Of a DNA stretch of 64,000 nucleotides, positions 47,395 to 56,701 are shown piece by piece. Location of the stretch: positions 375,712-439,711 of the forward strand of contig JAKAEA010000001.1 of the NCBI GenBank assembly GCA_021818465.1, written 5' to 3'. Under the pieces are notes generated by a model. The model ran no database searches and had not been told where the DNA came from. It worked only from the letters and a program-made list of their open reading frames with translations. This DNA comes from a bacterium (lineage in GTDB: Bacteria; Patescibacteriota; Minisyncoccia; Phycocordibacterales; JAKAEA01). Made by a program: the position numbers and the translations under genes. The stretch's first letter is position 1; every line of letters starts with the position of its first letter.

Positions 47395-47973
47395 ATGAAA
47401 AAGATATTTATCCTTGTAGGACAAGAAGATTGTGCTCAGAGTATGTGTGACGCCCTCGCCGCGGCCTACGAACAAGGTGCGCGCCAAGCGGGTCACGATA
47501 TTCGACGCGTCAACATTGGTGACCTGAAATTTGACCCTCTCTTACACCACGGCTATCGTGTTATCCAAGATTTGGAGCCCGATTTAAAAAAGGTGCAGGA
47601 TGATATGCGTTGGGCTGACCATATTGTTATTCTGTATCCAACGTGGTGGAGCTCTATGCCAGCTATTTTGAAAGGTTTTTTTGATCGTCTATGGTTACCA
47701 GGTTTTGCGTTCCATTTTCATAAGTCTGGTTTTGGTTGGGATGAACTTTTGAAAGGACGCACCGGACGAGTAATTACCACTATGGAAGAATGGCCGTTAG
47801 CAGAACGCGTTCTTTTTGGTGATTCCACAAATGAGATTGGGCGAGCTATTTTACGGTTTAGTGGCATTAAACCAGTACGTATCAGAAAAATTGGTCCCTT
47901 GAAAGATTCTACTGAAGCAGAGCGAAAAGGTTGGCTTGCTTGGGCAACTGAAATTGGTACGCGCGCCCGATAA
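47395..47973 (+). CDS. Flavodoxin-like NAD(P)H-dependent (quinone) oxidoreductase
   Basis: Flavodoxin_2 pattern: MKKIFILVGQ, DHIVILYPTWWSSMPAILKGFFDRL. Confidence 0.6.
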   Translation: MKKIFILVGQEDCAQSMCDALAAAYEQGARQAGHDIRRVNIGDLKFDPLLHHGYRVIQDLEPDLKKVQDDMRWADHIVILYPTWWSSMPAILKGFFDRLWLPGFAFHFHKSGFGWDELLKGRTGRVITTMEEWPLAERVLFGDSTNEIGRAILRFSGIKPVRIRKIGPLKDSTEAERKGWLAWATEIGTRAR

Positions 47974-48082
47974 TTTTTAGGATCACTTGCTTTTATATAA
48001 AATTCTGGTATATTAACGCCAGTTTTGGTTCCTTGTGTATTCCTTTTGTCATTTTTTACTCTACGAAAGGAGGTGATGACAT

Positions 48083-48382
48083 ATGGGTTCGCAAATTTCT
48101 CCACGTAAGGATGAGCTTTCTGCCAGCCTCCGTACTCTTGCAGATACAATCAGTATGTATCTCAAAAAAGCACGGGCGATACATACGACTACAGCTGCCA
48201 GAGTCAAACGGTACCGTGGGCTGGACGATTGGAGCAATGCCGATAAAAAATGGCGTGATGAGCAATTAGAGAAAATACGTTCTCTCGCTCGCACGCTCGA
48301 GGTGAACGGCGAAAGTATCCAAGACATAGCCCACACTATTGGCCTTGATCCAGAAAGCGTCAAGGCAATTCTAGGACACTAA
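48083..48382 (+). CDS. Hypothetical 99 aa protein with strong SD
   Basis: AAAGGAGGTGATGACAT precedes the ATG. The protein is helical and charged, with no recognised motif. Confidence 0.4.
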   Translation: MGSQISPRKDELSASLRTLADTISMYLKKARAIHTTTAARVKRYRGLDDWSNADKKWRDEQLEKIRSLARTLEVNGESIQDIAHTIGLDPESVKAILGH

Positions 48383-48395
48383 CAAGGAGGTGACC

Positions 48396-48440
48396 ATGAA
48401 AACGGTTAATCCGCTTCGTCAGAAGTGCAGAAGCCGGTGA
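48396..48440 (+). CDS. Possible 14-codon micro-ORF (MKTVNPLRQKCRSR) with strong SD, followed by a hairpin, upstream of ychF
   Basis: CAAGGAGGTGACC-ATG. The stop is followed by AGCCGGTG..CACCGGCT, an 8 bp stem. This is speculative. Confidence 0.2.
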   Translation: MKTVNPLRQKCRSR

Positions 48441-48505
48441 TGCAAAAATGTACCACCGGCTTACCTTTTGGTTTAATTCTAATTTTCGTATACAATCTGT
48501 TTCGT

Positions 48506-49606
48506 ATGTCTTTATCTATTGGTATTGTCGGTCTGCCGAACGTTGGTAAGTCAACGCTTTTTAATGCACTGACTAAGAAAAGCGTGCTGGCCGCAAATTA
48601 TCCATTCGCAACCATTGATCCATCTGTGGGTATAGTTGCTGTGCCAGACGATCGTCTTGAAAAACTAAATACATTTTCCGCATCTGCAAAAAAAATACCC
48701 GCAGCAATCGAGTTTGTTGATATTGCTGGTTTAGTGAAAGGAGCATCAGAAGGTGAGGGACTGGGTAATCAATTCTTAGCCAATATTCGCGAGACCGACG
48801 CTATAGCTCAAGTGGTACGGATTTTTGATGATGAGAGTATCATTCATGTTTCGAATCGTATTGACCCACTTTCTGATATTGAAACTATTAACTTAGAATT
48901 AATACTTGCCGATTTGCAAACAACGGAAAAGCGTCTGGCGAACGTAGCGCGTGATGCTAAGCGCGGCGATAAGAATGCGGTCATAGAAGAAGGCCTGCTC
49001 AAACGACTCGTGGAATTTTTAAAAGCTGGACAATTAGCACGTCATCTTCAAATAACAGATCAAGAAATACCTTTTTTACAGCAACTGCATTTACTAACCA
49101 CCAAACCAATTCTGTATGTTTTAAACAAGAAAGCCGGCGGAAAAAATCTGGATGAATTACCCGACGATCCACGTTGGGTTACGCTCAACGCATTTTTTAA
49201 AAAAAATACATCTAGTTTTGTCATAGTTGATGCTGGTATAGAAGAAGAGCTTAAGGAATTAGCAGATGAAGAAAAAGTGACCTTTCGTACCGAACTTGGT
49301 GCTGTAGACGATGGTGTTAATAGCCTTATTCGTGCGAGCTACGATATGCTCGGTCTCATCACGTTCTTTACCACGGGTCCTGATGAGACGCGTGCCTGGA
49401 CTATTTTACGCGGCGCTACTGCGCCCGAAGCAGGCACTGCCATCCACACCGATTTTAAAGAAAAATTTATTCGCGCCGAAGTTATTCACTGGGACGAATT
49501 GCTGGCTGTGGGCTCCTACGCTGCCGCTCGTGACCGCGGTTTATTGCGAACTGAAGGTAAAGAATACATTGTTTGCGATGGTGACGTGATAGAGTTTAAA
49601 ATATAG
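48506..49606 (+). CDS. ychF: Ribosome-binding ATPase YchF (Obg-family)
   Basis: MSLSIGIVGLPNVGKSTLFNALT, a DIAGLV(K)GAS G3 region and a C-terminal TGS domain. I placed the start at ATG 48506. Confidence 0.85.
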   Translation: MSLSIGIVGLPNVGKSTLFNALTKKSVLAANYPFATIDPSVGIVAVPDDRLEKLNTFSASAKKIPAAIEFVDIAGLVKGASEGEGLGNQFLANIRETDAIAQVVRIFDDESIIHVSNRIDPLSDIETINLELILADLQTTEKRLANVARDAKRGDKNAVIEEGLLKRLVEFLKAGQLARHLQITDQEIPFLQQLHLLTTKPILYVLNKKAGGKNLDELPDDPRWVTLNAFFKKNTSSFVIVDAGIEEELKELADEEKVTFRTELGAVDDGVNSLIRASYDMLGLITFFTTGPDETRAWTILRGATAPEAGTAIHTDFKEKFIRAEVIHWDELLAVGSYAAARDRGLLRTEGKEYIVCDGDVIEFKI

Positions 49607-49715
49607 GAAATAAAAAACTGCACGATGGAGATGCACAAAATTTTTCGTTCGCCACTACTAGATTTTTTCCACCGTGCAGTAGCCCGTTGTAAGGCCAGTT
49701 ACCAATATAGCAGAT

Positions 49716-50321
49716 TTATTTTGTTTCCACAATTTGTATCGGTGGCACCACTTTATAGTTCGAATTTTTAATAAATGTAGGTTGGCCATCTTTCATACCA
49801 ACGTAATATGCAGCGCCGTGGAGTTTTTGATAGGGTGTGTAGTCAGCGTGACCAGGTTTTGAAACGGCATCTTTTTCTGAAAAATTTACGGGGCTATCAT
49901 CGGAAGTAACAAGCCAGGTGGTACCGGTGTTAATAGCAAGGTGACCAGCTCGCAGGGGGATGACTACTTTGTCACCAGCTTTTACTTTGATAGCGTGCAC
50001 ACTGGTAATTTCATCGTCAATTGGGCGACCGACAGTATCAATAGCGCGCTCCTGAAGCAGCACGATACCTTCACCTTGGAGAATAGTGTATGTTTCCTGA
50101 ATATCATCACGATGATAGTGGCCATAGGATTTTATATATTCACCACCAACGACACCCGGTTCCCACACGGTAATGTTAGATTTTTCGCGCCCGCCACGAA
50201 TCATATAGTAATGAATAGTTGGTCCGTCGGCATTGGGAAACATTAAAACATCCTTCATTTCTTCTTGCGTTCTAGCGGCATATGGTTGTGTCATATCACT
50301 CAGTATAACGCACCCGCACAT
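49716..50321 (-). CDS. Cupin-type glucose-6-phosphate isomerase (archaeal-type cPGI)
   Basis: The cupin metal-site motifs SYGHYH and ..AGH..(N)..GHADY, and an overall size of about 200 aa, match the Pyrococcus-type PGI (TKGHFH..YWAHRTVNIGDEP..GHDY). Confidence 0.55.
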   Translation of the reverse strand: MCGCVILSDMTQPYAARTQEEMKDVLMFPNADGPTIHYYMIRGGREKSNITVWEPGVVGGEYIKSYGHYHRDDIQETYTILQGEGIVLLQERAIDTVGRPIDDEITSVHAIKVKAGDKVVIPLRAGHLAINTGTTWLVTSDDSPVNFSEKDAVSKPGHADYTPYQKLHGAAYYVGMKDGQPTFIKNSNYKVVPPIQIVETK

Positions 50322-50379
50322 TTTAAGAAAATTTTAGAAAAAATATACAGAAATTTTATTACCGACAATATAGGGTAGT

Positions 50380-50907
50380 TTGATGCGTTGGCTATATATA
50401 GAAATAAGCACAATTCTCGTTGTAAGTACTATTACCATGGTTGCAAGCATGTTCTATTTTCACCATACTTTTAAAGTATTTTATAGTTTAGACGCACACC
50501 GCAACGATCAGGAGGTAATTACTGTTATACATAACGCCCAAAAATATGTGTACTTCGCCGTGTATACATTCACGAAACAAAATATTGCCGATGCTCTCAT
50601 TGATGCAAAAAAACGTGGACTTACTGTATGGGGCATTACCGATGCTCACCAATCACACCTTCCGGAAGAAGCAGCGATAGTACAGCAATTGCAATCAGCT
50701 GGAATTCCTGTGGAAATACAAAAACATCCGAGCGGCATTATGCACATAAAAGCGGTTGTTACAGAAAAACAATATGCTTCAGGTAGTTACAACTGGACGT
50801 CGAGTGCCACACAGGTCAATGATGAAATATTAGAAGTGGGGAGTGATAAAAATATACGAAATCGTTACGATGCGATTATTAGTAAAATTTTAGTTACCAA
50901 TGAATAA
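50380..50907 (+). CDS. Phospholipase D/Nuc-like single-HKD-domain protein with N-terminal TM
   Basis: HIKAVVTE..GSYNWTSSA corresponds to the HxK(x4)D..GSxN PLD motif, with Glu at the Asp position. Confidence 0.5.
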   Translation: MMRWLYIEISTILVVSTITMVASMFYFHHTFKVFYSLDAHRNDQEVITVIHNAQKYVYFAVYTFTKQNIADALIDAKKRGLTVWGITDAHQSHLPEEAAIVQQLQSAGIPVEIQKHPSGIMHIKAVVTEKQYASGSYNWTSSATQVNDEILEVGSDKNIRNRYDAIISKILVTNE

Positions 50908-51370
50908 AAAAATTCGTACGCGATGGCAAAGATTTGGTTGGATTTTTGTGGTGTTGGGCATTATCATAATCGGCTGCGTTTGGTATTGGTATCAAAAGGA
51001 CACGAAACATATGTTTGTTATACCATCACCAACAATTTCCCGTAACACTACCGCCCCAAAAAACACCGGTACCCAAAACGAATACGCGTATACCGAAGCT
51101 CCTGACCATATTGGCGAAACCACTCACATTCGTGGCACCGTAGTACGGGCGTATACCTCAAAAAGCGGAACGATATTTCTTGATTTTTGCAAACAATATA
51201 GCACCTGCCCATTCTCGATTGTTATTTTTGGCGATGATGCAAAAAAATTTATATCTGGTGTTGCGCCGTATGAAAATAAAACAGTGATTGCGAGCGGCAC
51301 TATCCAGACATATAATAATCAGGCTGAAATGGTTATTACCAATCCGTCACAAATACGTATACAAAAATAA
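50900..51370 (+). CDS. Membrane-anchored protein with probable OB-fold-like extracytoplasmic domain
   Basis: A TM helix WIFVVLGIIIIGCVWYW, then a beta-rich domain (IRGTVVRAYTSKSGTIFLDF..IASGTIQTYNNQAEMVI). Confidence 0.3.
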   Translation: MNKKIRTRWQRFGWIFVVLGIIIIGCVWYWYQKDTKHMFVIPSPTISRNTTAPKNTGTQNEYAYTEAPDHIGETTHIRGTVVRAYTSKSGTIFLDFCKQYSTCPFSIVIFGDDAKKFISGVAPYENKTVIASGTIQTYNNQAEMVITNPSQIRIQK

Positions 51371-54231
51371 TGAAATCGTACGATCCCAAAAAAATAGAGA
51401 AGAAATGGCAATCCGTGTGGCAAAAAAGTGGTATATATACAGCTGCTGATAAAAGCCGCAAACCGAAATTTTACGGTCTTATTGAATTTCCTTATCCTTC
51501 CGGTGACGGTTTACATGTTGGCCATGTTCGTTCCAACACAGCTATGGACATTATTTGTCGCAAACGTCGCATGGAAGGGTACAACGTTTTGTATCCGATA
51601 GGTTGGGATGCTTTTGGTTTACCTACAGAAAATTACGCCCTGAAAACTGGTACGCCGCCTAAGGTGGTTACTAAACGCAACACCGCCACGTTTCGCCGCC
51701 AACTCCAAGCGCTCGGTTTTTCATTTGACTGGTCGCGAGAAATTAACACCACTGACCCCGCATATTACAAATGGACGCAGTGGATTTTTCTCCAATTGTG
51801 GAAACATAATCTTGCCTACAAAAAGAAAACGCTCATCAATTGGTGTCCCAAAGATAAAATTGGTTTAGCGAACGAAGAGGTGATTGATGGCTGCTGCGAA
51901 CGCTGCGGTACACCAGTGGAAAAACGTCAGAAAGAACAGTGGATGCTTGCTATTACTCAGTACGCTGATCGACTTGATGCTGATTTAGACACGGTCGATT
52001 ATTTACCTGAAATTAAAGCCCAACAAAGAAATTGGATTGGTCGCAGTGAGGGTGCGGAGATAGCCTTTTCAGTAGAACATGCCGATTCAAAAATCAATGT
52101 GTTTACCACCCGTGCCGACACACTGTTTGGTGTGACCTACATTGTACTTGCGCCAGAACACGATTTGATTAAAATTTTGAAACCAAAAATATTGAATGCA
52201 TCTGACGTTGAAGCATACATCAGCACCACCACGAAAAAATCTGAAATTGAACGTACTGATATTAAAAAAGAGAAAACCGGTATAGAGCTCAAGGGCATTA
52301 AGGCTATTAATCCAGCCACGGGTGAGAAAATCCCTGTGTGGATTGCCGATTACGTTTTGGCTGATTATGGCACCGGTGCGGTAATGGCCGTGCCTGCTCA
52401 CGATGAGCGCGATTGGGAATTTGCTCAAAAATATGCACTGCCAATCAAAGAAGTAGTTTTACCTACTGTTATCGATAAGCGAAATCCGCCAATGCCAGGT
52501 AAAAAATCGGTTGAGCGAAAAAATGTACACGCTCTTGTTCGTGACCCTGCAACAGGTAAATATCTGGGTTTGAAATGGAAAAAATTTAATTGGCTTACGT
52601 TTCCAATGGGCGGTATTGAAGATGGAGAAAATGCAATAACAGCAGCCAAACGAGAAGTTGAGGAGGAAACGGGATTCAAAAATCTCAAACTTATTAAAGT
52701 AATTACTGGTCAAGCGCGTGCCGAATATTTTGCCGCTCATAAAGATCAAAATCGAATTTCTTATACCACAGCGGTACTTCTAGAATTACTTGATCATACT
52801 CAAGCACCAGTGAGTGTCGAAGAAAATGAAAAATACGACATTGTTTGGCTCGATGAGTCAAAGTTAAATTACGAACACATGACTCACGCTGAAATTGGAA
52901 TATGGATGCATAAGCTTGCTGTTAAAAATCCTGCATATACCGATGAAGGAATTCTTGTTAACTCCGATTCATTTACTAACCAAACATCAAAGGAAGCGAG
53001 GGGTGCTATTGCTCGAAAATTTGGAAAAATTGTTACAACGTATAAACTTCGTGATTGGGTATTCTCTCGTCAGCGCTACTGGGGTGAGCCGATTCCTCTT
53101 GTGCATTGTAAACAGTGTGGTTGGCAAGCTGTTCCGGAAAAAGATTTGCCGGTTACGTTGCCACCAGTTAAAAATTATCAGCCAACTGATACAGGTGAAT
53201 CGCCATTGGCCGCTGATACCCCTGCTATGAAAAAGTGGCGCACAGTGCAGTGTCCCACCTGTGGTGCTCCCGCCACTCGCGAAACTGATACTATGCCCAA
53301 CTGGGCTGGTTCTAGTTGGTATTTTTTGCGTTATTGTGATCCCAAAAACAAAACGTCCCTCGCCAATCAACTAAAATTGAAAACGTGGCAACCAGTAGAT
53401 TGGTACAACGGTGGTATGGAACACGTCACACTACACCTCTTATATTCGCGCTTTTGGAATAAATTTTTATTTGATATCGGCATTGCTCCAACAAGTGAGC
53501 CCTACGTTAAACGCACCGCCCACGGTCTTATTTTAGCCTCTGATGGTGAAAAAATGTCAAAGTCGCGCGGTAATGTTATCAATCCAGACCACATTGTTGC
53601 CCAATTTGGTGCCGACACCGTACGTCTCTATGAAATGTTTATGGGTCCTTTTAATCAAGCGGTAAGCTGGAGCACCGAGGGCATTATAGGTCCGCGTCGT
53701 TTTCTGGAAAAGGTGTGGCGATTACAAAAAAAAGTACGTGCTAAAAAAGTACATACTGGCAAAGATGGAGTATTCGAAAACGTACTGCAAAAAACAATCA
53801 AAAAAGTGAGTGATGATATTGAAGCAATGCAATTCAATACTGCTATTTCATCGCTGATGATTTTAACTAATGATATGGAGAAAAAATCAGAAATTTCTTT
53901 GCGGGCGTATGAAATACTATTGCGGCTTATGGCTCCTTTTGCTCCTCATAGTACCGAAGAAATTTGGCACATACTTGGTCATAAAAAATCTATTCATTTA
54001 GAAGCATGGCCATCTGTTGATACAACTAAAATACAGCGTGAGGTCGTCACTATTATAGTACAAGTGAATGGTAAAGTTCGTGGAAGTTTTCAAACATCCG
54101 CACATAGTAGTGAGACGGAAGCAACTACGCAAGCTCAATCTGTACCTAGTGTTAAAAAATGGCTCATGGATAAAACTATAGCGCGCGTTATATATATTCC
54201 TGATCGATTAATTAATATAGTTATTACATAA
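51370..54231 (+). CDS. leuS: Leucyl-tRNA synthetase with an inserted Nudix hydrolase domain
   Basis: HIGH (GLHVGHVRSN), the editing-site motifs TTRADT and AVPAHDERDWEF, RDWVFSRQRYWGEPIP, and KMSKS. Between the editing core and RDWVF lies an insert of about 200 aa with a perfect Nudix box, GGIEDGENAITAAKREVEEETGF, at nt 52609-52677. Confidence 0.9.
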   Translation: MKSYDPKKIEKKWQSVWQKSGIYTAADKSRKPKFYGLIEFPYPSGDGLHVGHVRSNTAMDIICRKRRMEGYNVLYPIGWDAFGLPTENYALKTGTPPKVVTKRNTATFRRQLQALGFSFDWSREINTTDPAYYKWTQWIFLQLWKHNLAYKKKTLINWCPKDKIGLANEEVIDGCCERCGTPVEKRQKEQWMLAITQYADRLDADLDTVDYLPEIKAQQRNWIGRSEGAEIAFSVEHADSKINVFTTRADTLFGVTYIVLAPEHDLIKILKPKILNASDVEAYISTTTKKSEIERTDIKKEKTGIELKGIKAINPATGEKIPVWIADYVLADYGTGAVMAVPAHDERDWEFAQKYALPIKEVVLPTVIDKRNPPMPGKKSVERKNVHALVRDPATGKYLGLKWKKFNWLTFPMGGIEDGENAITAAKREVEEETGFKNLKLIKVITGQARAEYFAAHKDQNRISYTTAVLLELLDHTQAPVSVEENEKYDIVWLDESKLNYEHMTHAEIGIWMHKLAVKNPAYTDEGILVNSDSFTNQTSKEARGAIARKFGKIVTTYKLRDWVFSRQRYWGEPIPLVHCKQCGWQAVPEKDLPVTLPPVKNYQPTDTGESPLAADTPAMKKWRTVQCPTCGAPATRETDTMPNWAGSSWYFLRYCDPKNKTSLANQLKLKTWQPVDWYNGGMEHVTLHLLYSRFWNKFLFDIGIAPTSEPYVKRTAHGLILASDGEKMSKSRGNVINPDHIVAQFGADTVRLYEMFMGPFNQAVSWSTEGIIGPRRFLEKVWRLQKKVRAKKVHTGKDGVFENVLQKTIKKVSDDIEAMQFNTAISSLMILTNDMEKKSEISLRAYEILLRLMAPFAPHSTEEIWHILGHKKSIHLEAWPSVDTTKIQREVVTIIVQVNGKVRGSFQTSAHSSETEATTQAQSVPSVKKWLMDKTIARVIYIPDRLINIVIT

Positions 54232-54328
54232 TCACACAGTACCCTTGACACTTTTTTCAATAGGTGATAAATAATAGAAGAATTCGCGCACATCAACAAA
54301 TGTATTTAGTCAATTTTACTCTCATTTC

Positions 54329-55375
54329 ATGACTACCCCACACCAACCTCCGCTCACTAGCTTCAAACCGAAGCACGTTACCGATCGGTTGCTTTCTGTG
54401 TTACCGGAACGAGCCAAAGATGTTATGGTGTCTCGCTATGGTTTGGGGAAAAATACCGAACGCTTAACTCTCGATGCTATTGGGAAAAAATATAAAATTA
54501 CTCGTGAACGCGTTCGCCAGATTGAAAATCACGCTCTCATTACTATTAGAAAATCAAAAGAATACGAAAAAGAACGGAAGACTTTTGAAGAATTAGAAGA
54601 GGCTGTTAAAAAACTCGGTGGTATTATTTCAGAATCTGATCTTCTGAAGGAACTTTCAAAAGATCCGAGTGTTCATAATCATCTTAATTTTTTGCTCATC
54701 ATAGGTGAGTCATTTAAACGAAAAAAAGAAGATGATTATTTTCAACACCGTTGGTATATGGACGATCAGCTTTCCGATAAAGTACACACGGCCCTGCACA
54801 AACTTTACGAAAACCTTTCTGATGACGATTTAATTTCTGAGCAAGATATTTTACAGTCATTCTTAACGCATCTCAAAGAAGTTTCCGACGAATATAAAAA
54901 AGAGGAAATTTTACGACGCTGGCTCTCTCTTTCTAAAGCAATTTCTAGAAATCCTCTAGGTGAATGGGGCCGAAGTGCTAGTTCGAACGTACACGCTAAA
55001 GGTATGCGTGATTATGCGTTTTTAGTTATTCGTAAACACGGTTCTCCCATTCACTTTACAGAAGTTGCTAAGCAAATTGAAAAACTTTTTAAACGTAAAG
55101 CTCATGTTGCGACCACGCACAACGAACTCATTAAAGATCCACGTTTTGTGCTCGTTGGTCGCGGTCTGTATGCACTCTCGGAATGGGGTTATATTTCTGG
55201 CGTAGTAAAAGATGTTATTCGAAAAATTTTGGAACAAAATGGTCCAATGACAAAAAGTGAAATTGTAGACAAAGTACTTAAAGAACGTTACGTTAAAGAA
55301 AATACCATTATGGTTAATTTACAGAATCCTAAATTTTTCAAAAAAGACAAGGACGGTCGTTACTATTTGGTATAG
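54329..55375 (+). CDS. DNA-binding protein with sigma-70 region-4-like HTH (N-terminal) and HARE-HTH-like domain (C-terminal)
   Basis: An N-terminal ERLTLDAIGKKYKITRERVRQIENHALITIRK (sigma r4-like) and a C-terminal GSPIHFTEVAKQI..ATTHNELIKDPRFVLVGRGLYALSEWGY (HARE-HTH pattern). Confidence 0.45.
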   Translation: MTTPHQPPLTSFKPKHVTDRLLSVLPERAKDVMVSRYGLGKNTERLTLDAIGKKYKITRERVRQIENHALITIRKSKEYEKERKTFEELEEAVKKLGGIISESDLLKELSKDPSVHNHLNFLLIIGESFKRKKEDDYFQHRWYMDDQLSDKVHTALHKLYENLSDDDLISEQDILQSFLTHLKEVSDEYKKEEILRRWLSLSKAISRNPLGEWGRSASSNVHAKGMRDYAFLVIRKHGSPIHFTEVAKQIEKLFKRKAHVATTHNELIKDPRFVLVGRGLYALSEWGYISGVVKDVIRKILEQNGPMTKSEIVDKVLKERYVKENTIMVNLQNPKFFKKDKDGRYYLV

Positions 55376-55433
55376 ACTTTTTTTATCCTCAAAAAATCTT
55401 CTTTTGTGTGCATTCTGATATAATGGGAGCACT

Positions 55434-56684
55434 ATGAATGCATTCTGGTTAACAGTGAAGCCGCTGCTCTGGCAGGTCTGGTCACTCTTTGTTGCTTTGT
55501 ATCCACTGTGGGTGCCGATTGTCTTGGCTATTATTTTATGGGATGTGTGGGTTGAATATGTACGAGTAAAAAATTGGGCAAAGCAAAAATATGTTCTTTT
55601 GGAAATCCGTTTACCACAAGAAATTGTTAAATCGCCACGAGCGATGGAAGTCGTCATTAATTCTCTGTATAACACGGGTGGGGAAGGGAATTTTATGTTG
55701 CGATACTGGCAAGGAAACACTCGACCAACATTCTCTCTAGAAATTGTTTCTGACGCTGGCCATATTCGTTTCTTATTGTGGACACGAGAAAATTTACGCA
55801 ATTATGTAGAATCACAAATTTATGCCCAATATCCAGAAGTAGAAATTCATCAAGTTGAAGATTACGCCACACAATTGGTTTTTGATCCTAAACAAAATTC
55901 CGTGTGGGGGTGTCGCTTTGAATTAGCAGCCGATACGCCGCTTCCTATTGCTTCGTACGTTGACTACGGTCTGGATCTAGATAAAAATCCTAAAGAAGAA
56001 TTCAAAATCGATCCTTTGGCGCAGGTATTGGAACTTCTCAATACCGTAAAACCGGGCGAACACATGTGGTTACAGATTGTTATTCGAGCTCACAAAAATG
56101 AGAAGCGAGGGGGTGCGTTTTCAGAAGCTAGTGATTGGCGTAAGGAAATTCGTAAAACTCGCGATGCAATTTTTGAAGCAATTAAAAAAGAAGGGCGCAT
56201 TGCAGGTACAACAAACGAAATAACCACAGTGACCGCTCTTGGCCGCGCATACCAAAAATATCCCTTCGATTGTGGCATCAGAGGTTTGTACATTGTAGAT
56301 GATAAAAGTAAATTTAGTGTGCCAATGATTGGCACACTCACGAGTTTATTGAGACCTTTTAGTTATTCCGCTTCCACCTTCAAAAAAGCCTTTAAAGAAG
56401 ATACCCTTGCTGGTTTTAATGGTTTTAAAGTTGCTGGCGGCACAGGGTTAGACTATCCATGGCAAGATTTTAAAAATTGGCGTACTAACAAAATGCGCCG
56501 ACGTATAGTAAATCAATACAAACGTCGCGCTTTCTTCTGGCCGCCATATAAAGAAAAAACCTTCGTACTTACCAGCGAATCGCTTGCGACTATATACCAC
56601 TTTCCCGGTGAGACCGCTGCTGCTCCAGGTCTGGAACGTATTCCCTCAACACGTGCCCAAGCTCCCAGTAATTTACCGATATAA
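55434..56684 (+). CDS. Hypothetical membrane-anchored protein (416 aa)
   Basis: N-terminal TM helices and a large soluble domain with no recognised motif. Confidence 0.3.
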   Translation: MNAFWLTVKPLLWQVWSLFVALYPLWVPIVLAIILWDVWVEYVRVKNWAKQKYVLLEIRLPQEIVKSPRAMEVVINSLYNTGGEGNFMLRYWQGNTRPTFSLEIVSDAGHIRFLLWTRENLRNYVESQIYAQYPEVEIHQVEDYATQLVFDPKQNSVWGCRFELAADTPLPIASYVDYGLDLDKNPKEEFKIDPLAQVLELLNTVKPGEHMWLQIVIRAHKNEKRGGAFSEASDWRKEIRKTRDAIFEAIKKEGRIAGTTNEITTVTALGRAYQKYPFDCGIRGLYIVDDKSKFSVPMIGTLTSLLRPFSYSASTFKKAFKEDTLAGFNGFKVAGGTGLDYPWQDFKNWRTNKMRRRIVNQYKRRAFFWPPYKEKTFVLTSESLATIYHFPGETAAAPGLERIPSTRAQAPSNLPI

Positions 56685-56701
56685 TATATACTGTTGCTCT
56701 C

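Noticed and set aside
49611-49690. A long-range inverted repeat (CTGCACGATGG ... CCACCGTGCAG) between convergent ychF and the cupin PGI, as a possible structured RNA.
   Set aside because: The stem has one mismatch and a 40 nt loop, and no T-run in either direction. That is not enough to call it a terminator or ncRNA.
52087-53370. Minus-strand ORFs within leuS (52087-52428, 52425-52688, 52459-52749, 52987-53370) that might suggest the Nudix region is a separate gene.
   Set aside because: The plus-strand frame is continuous through the insert, with no stop or frameshift visible. The Nudix box is in the leuS frame. The minus-strand ORFs have no motifs.
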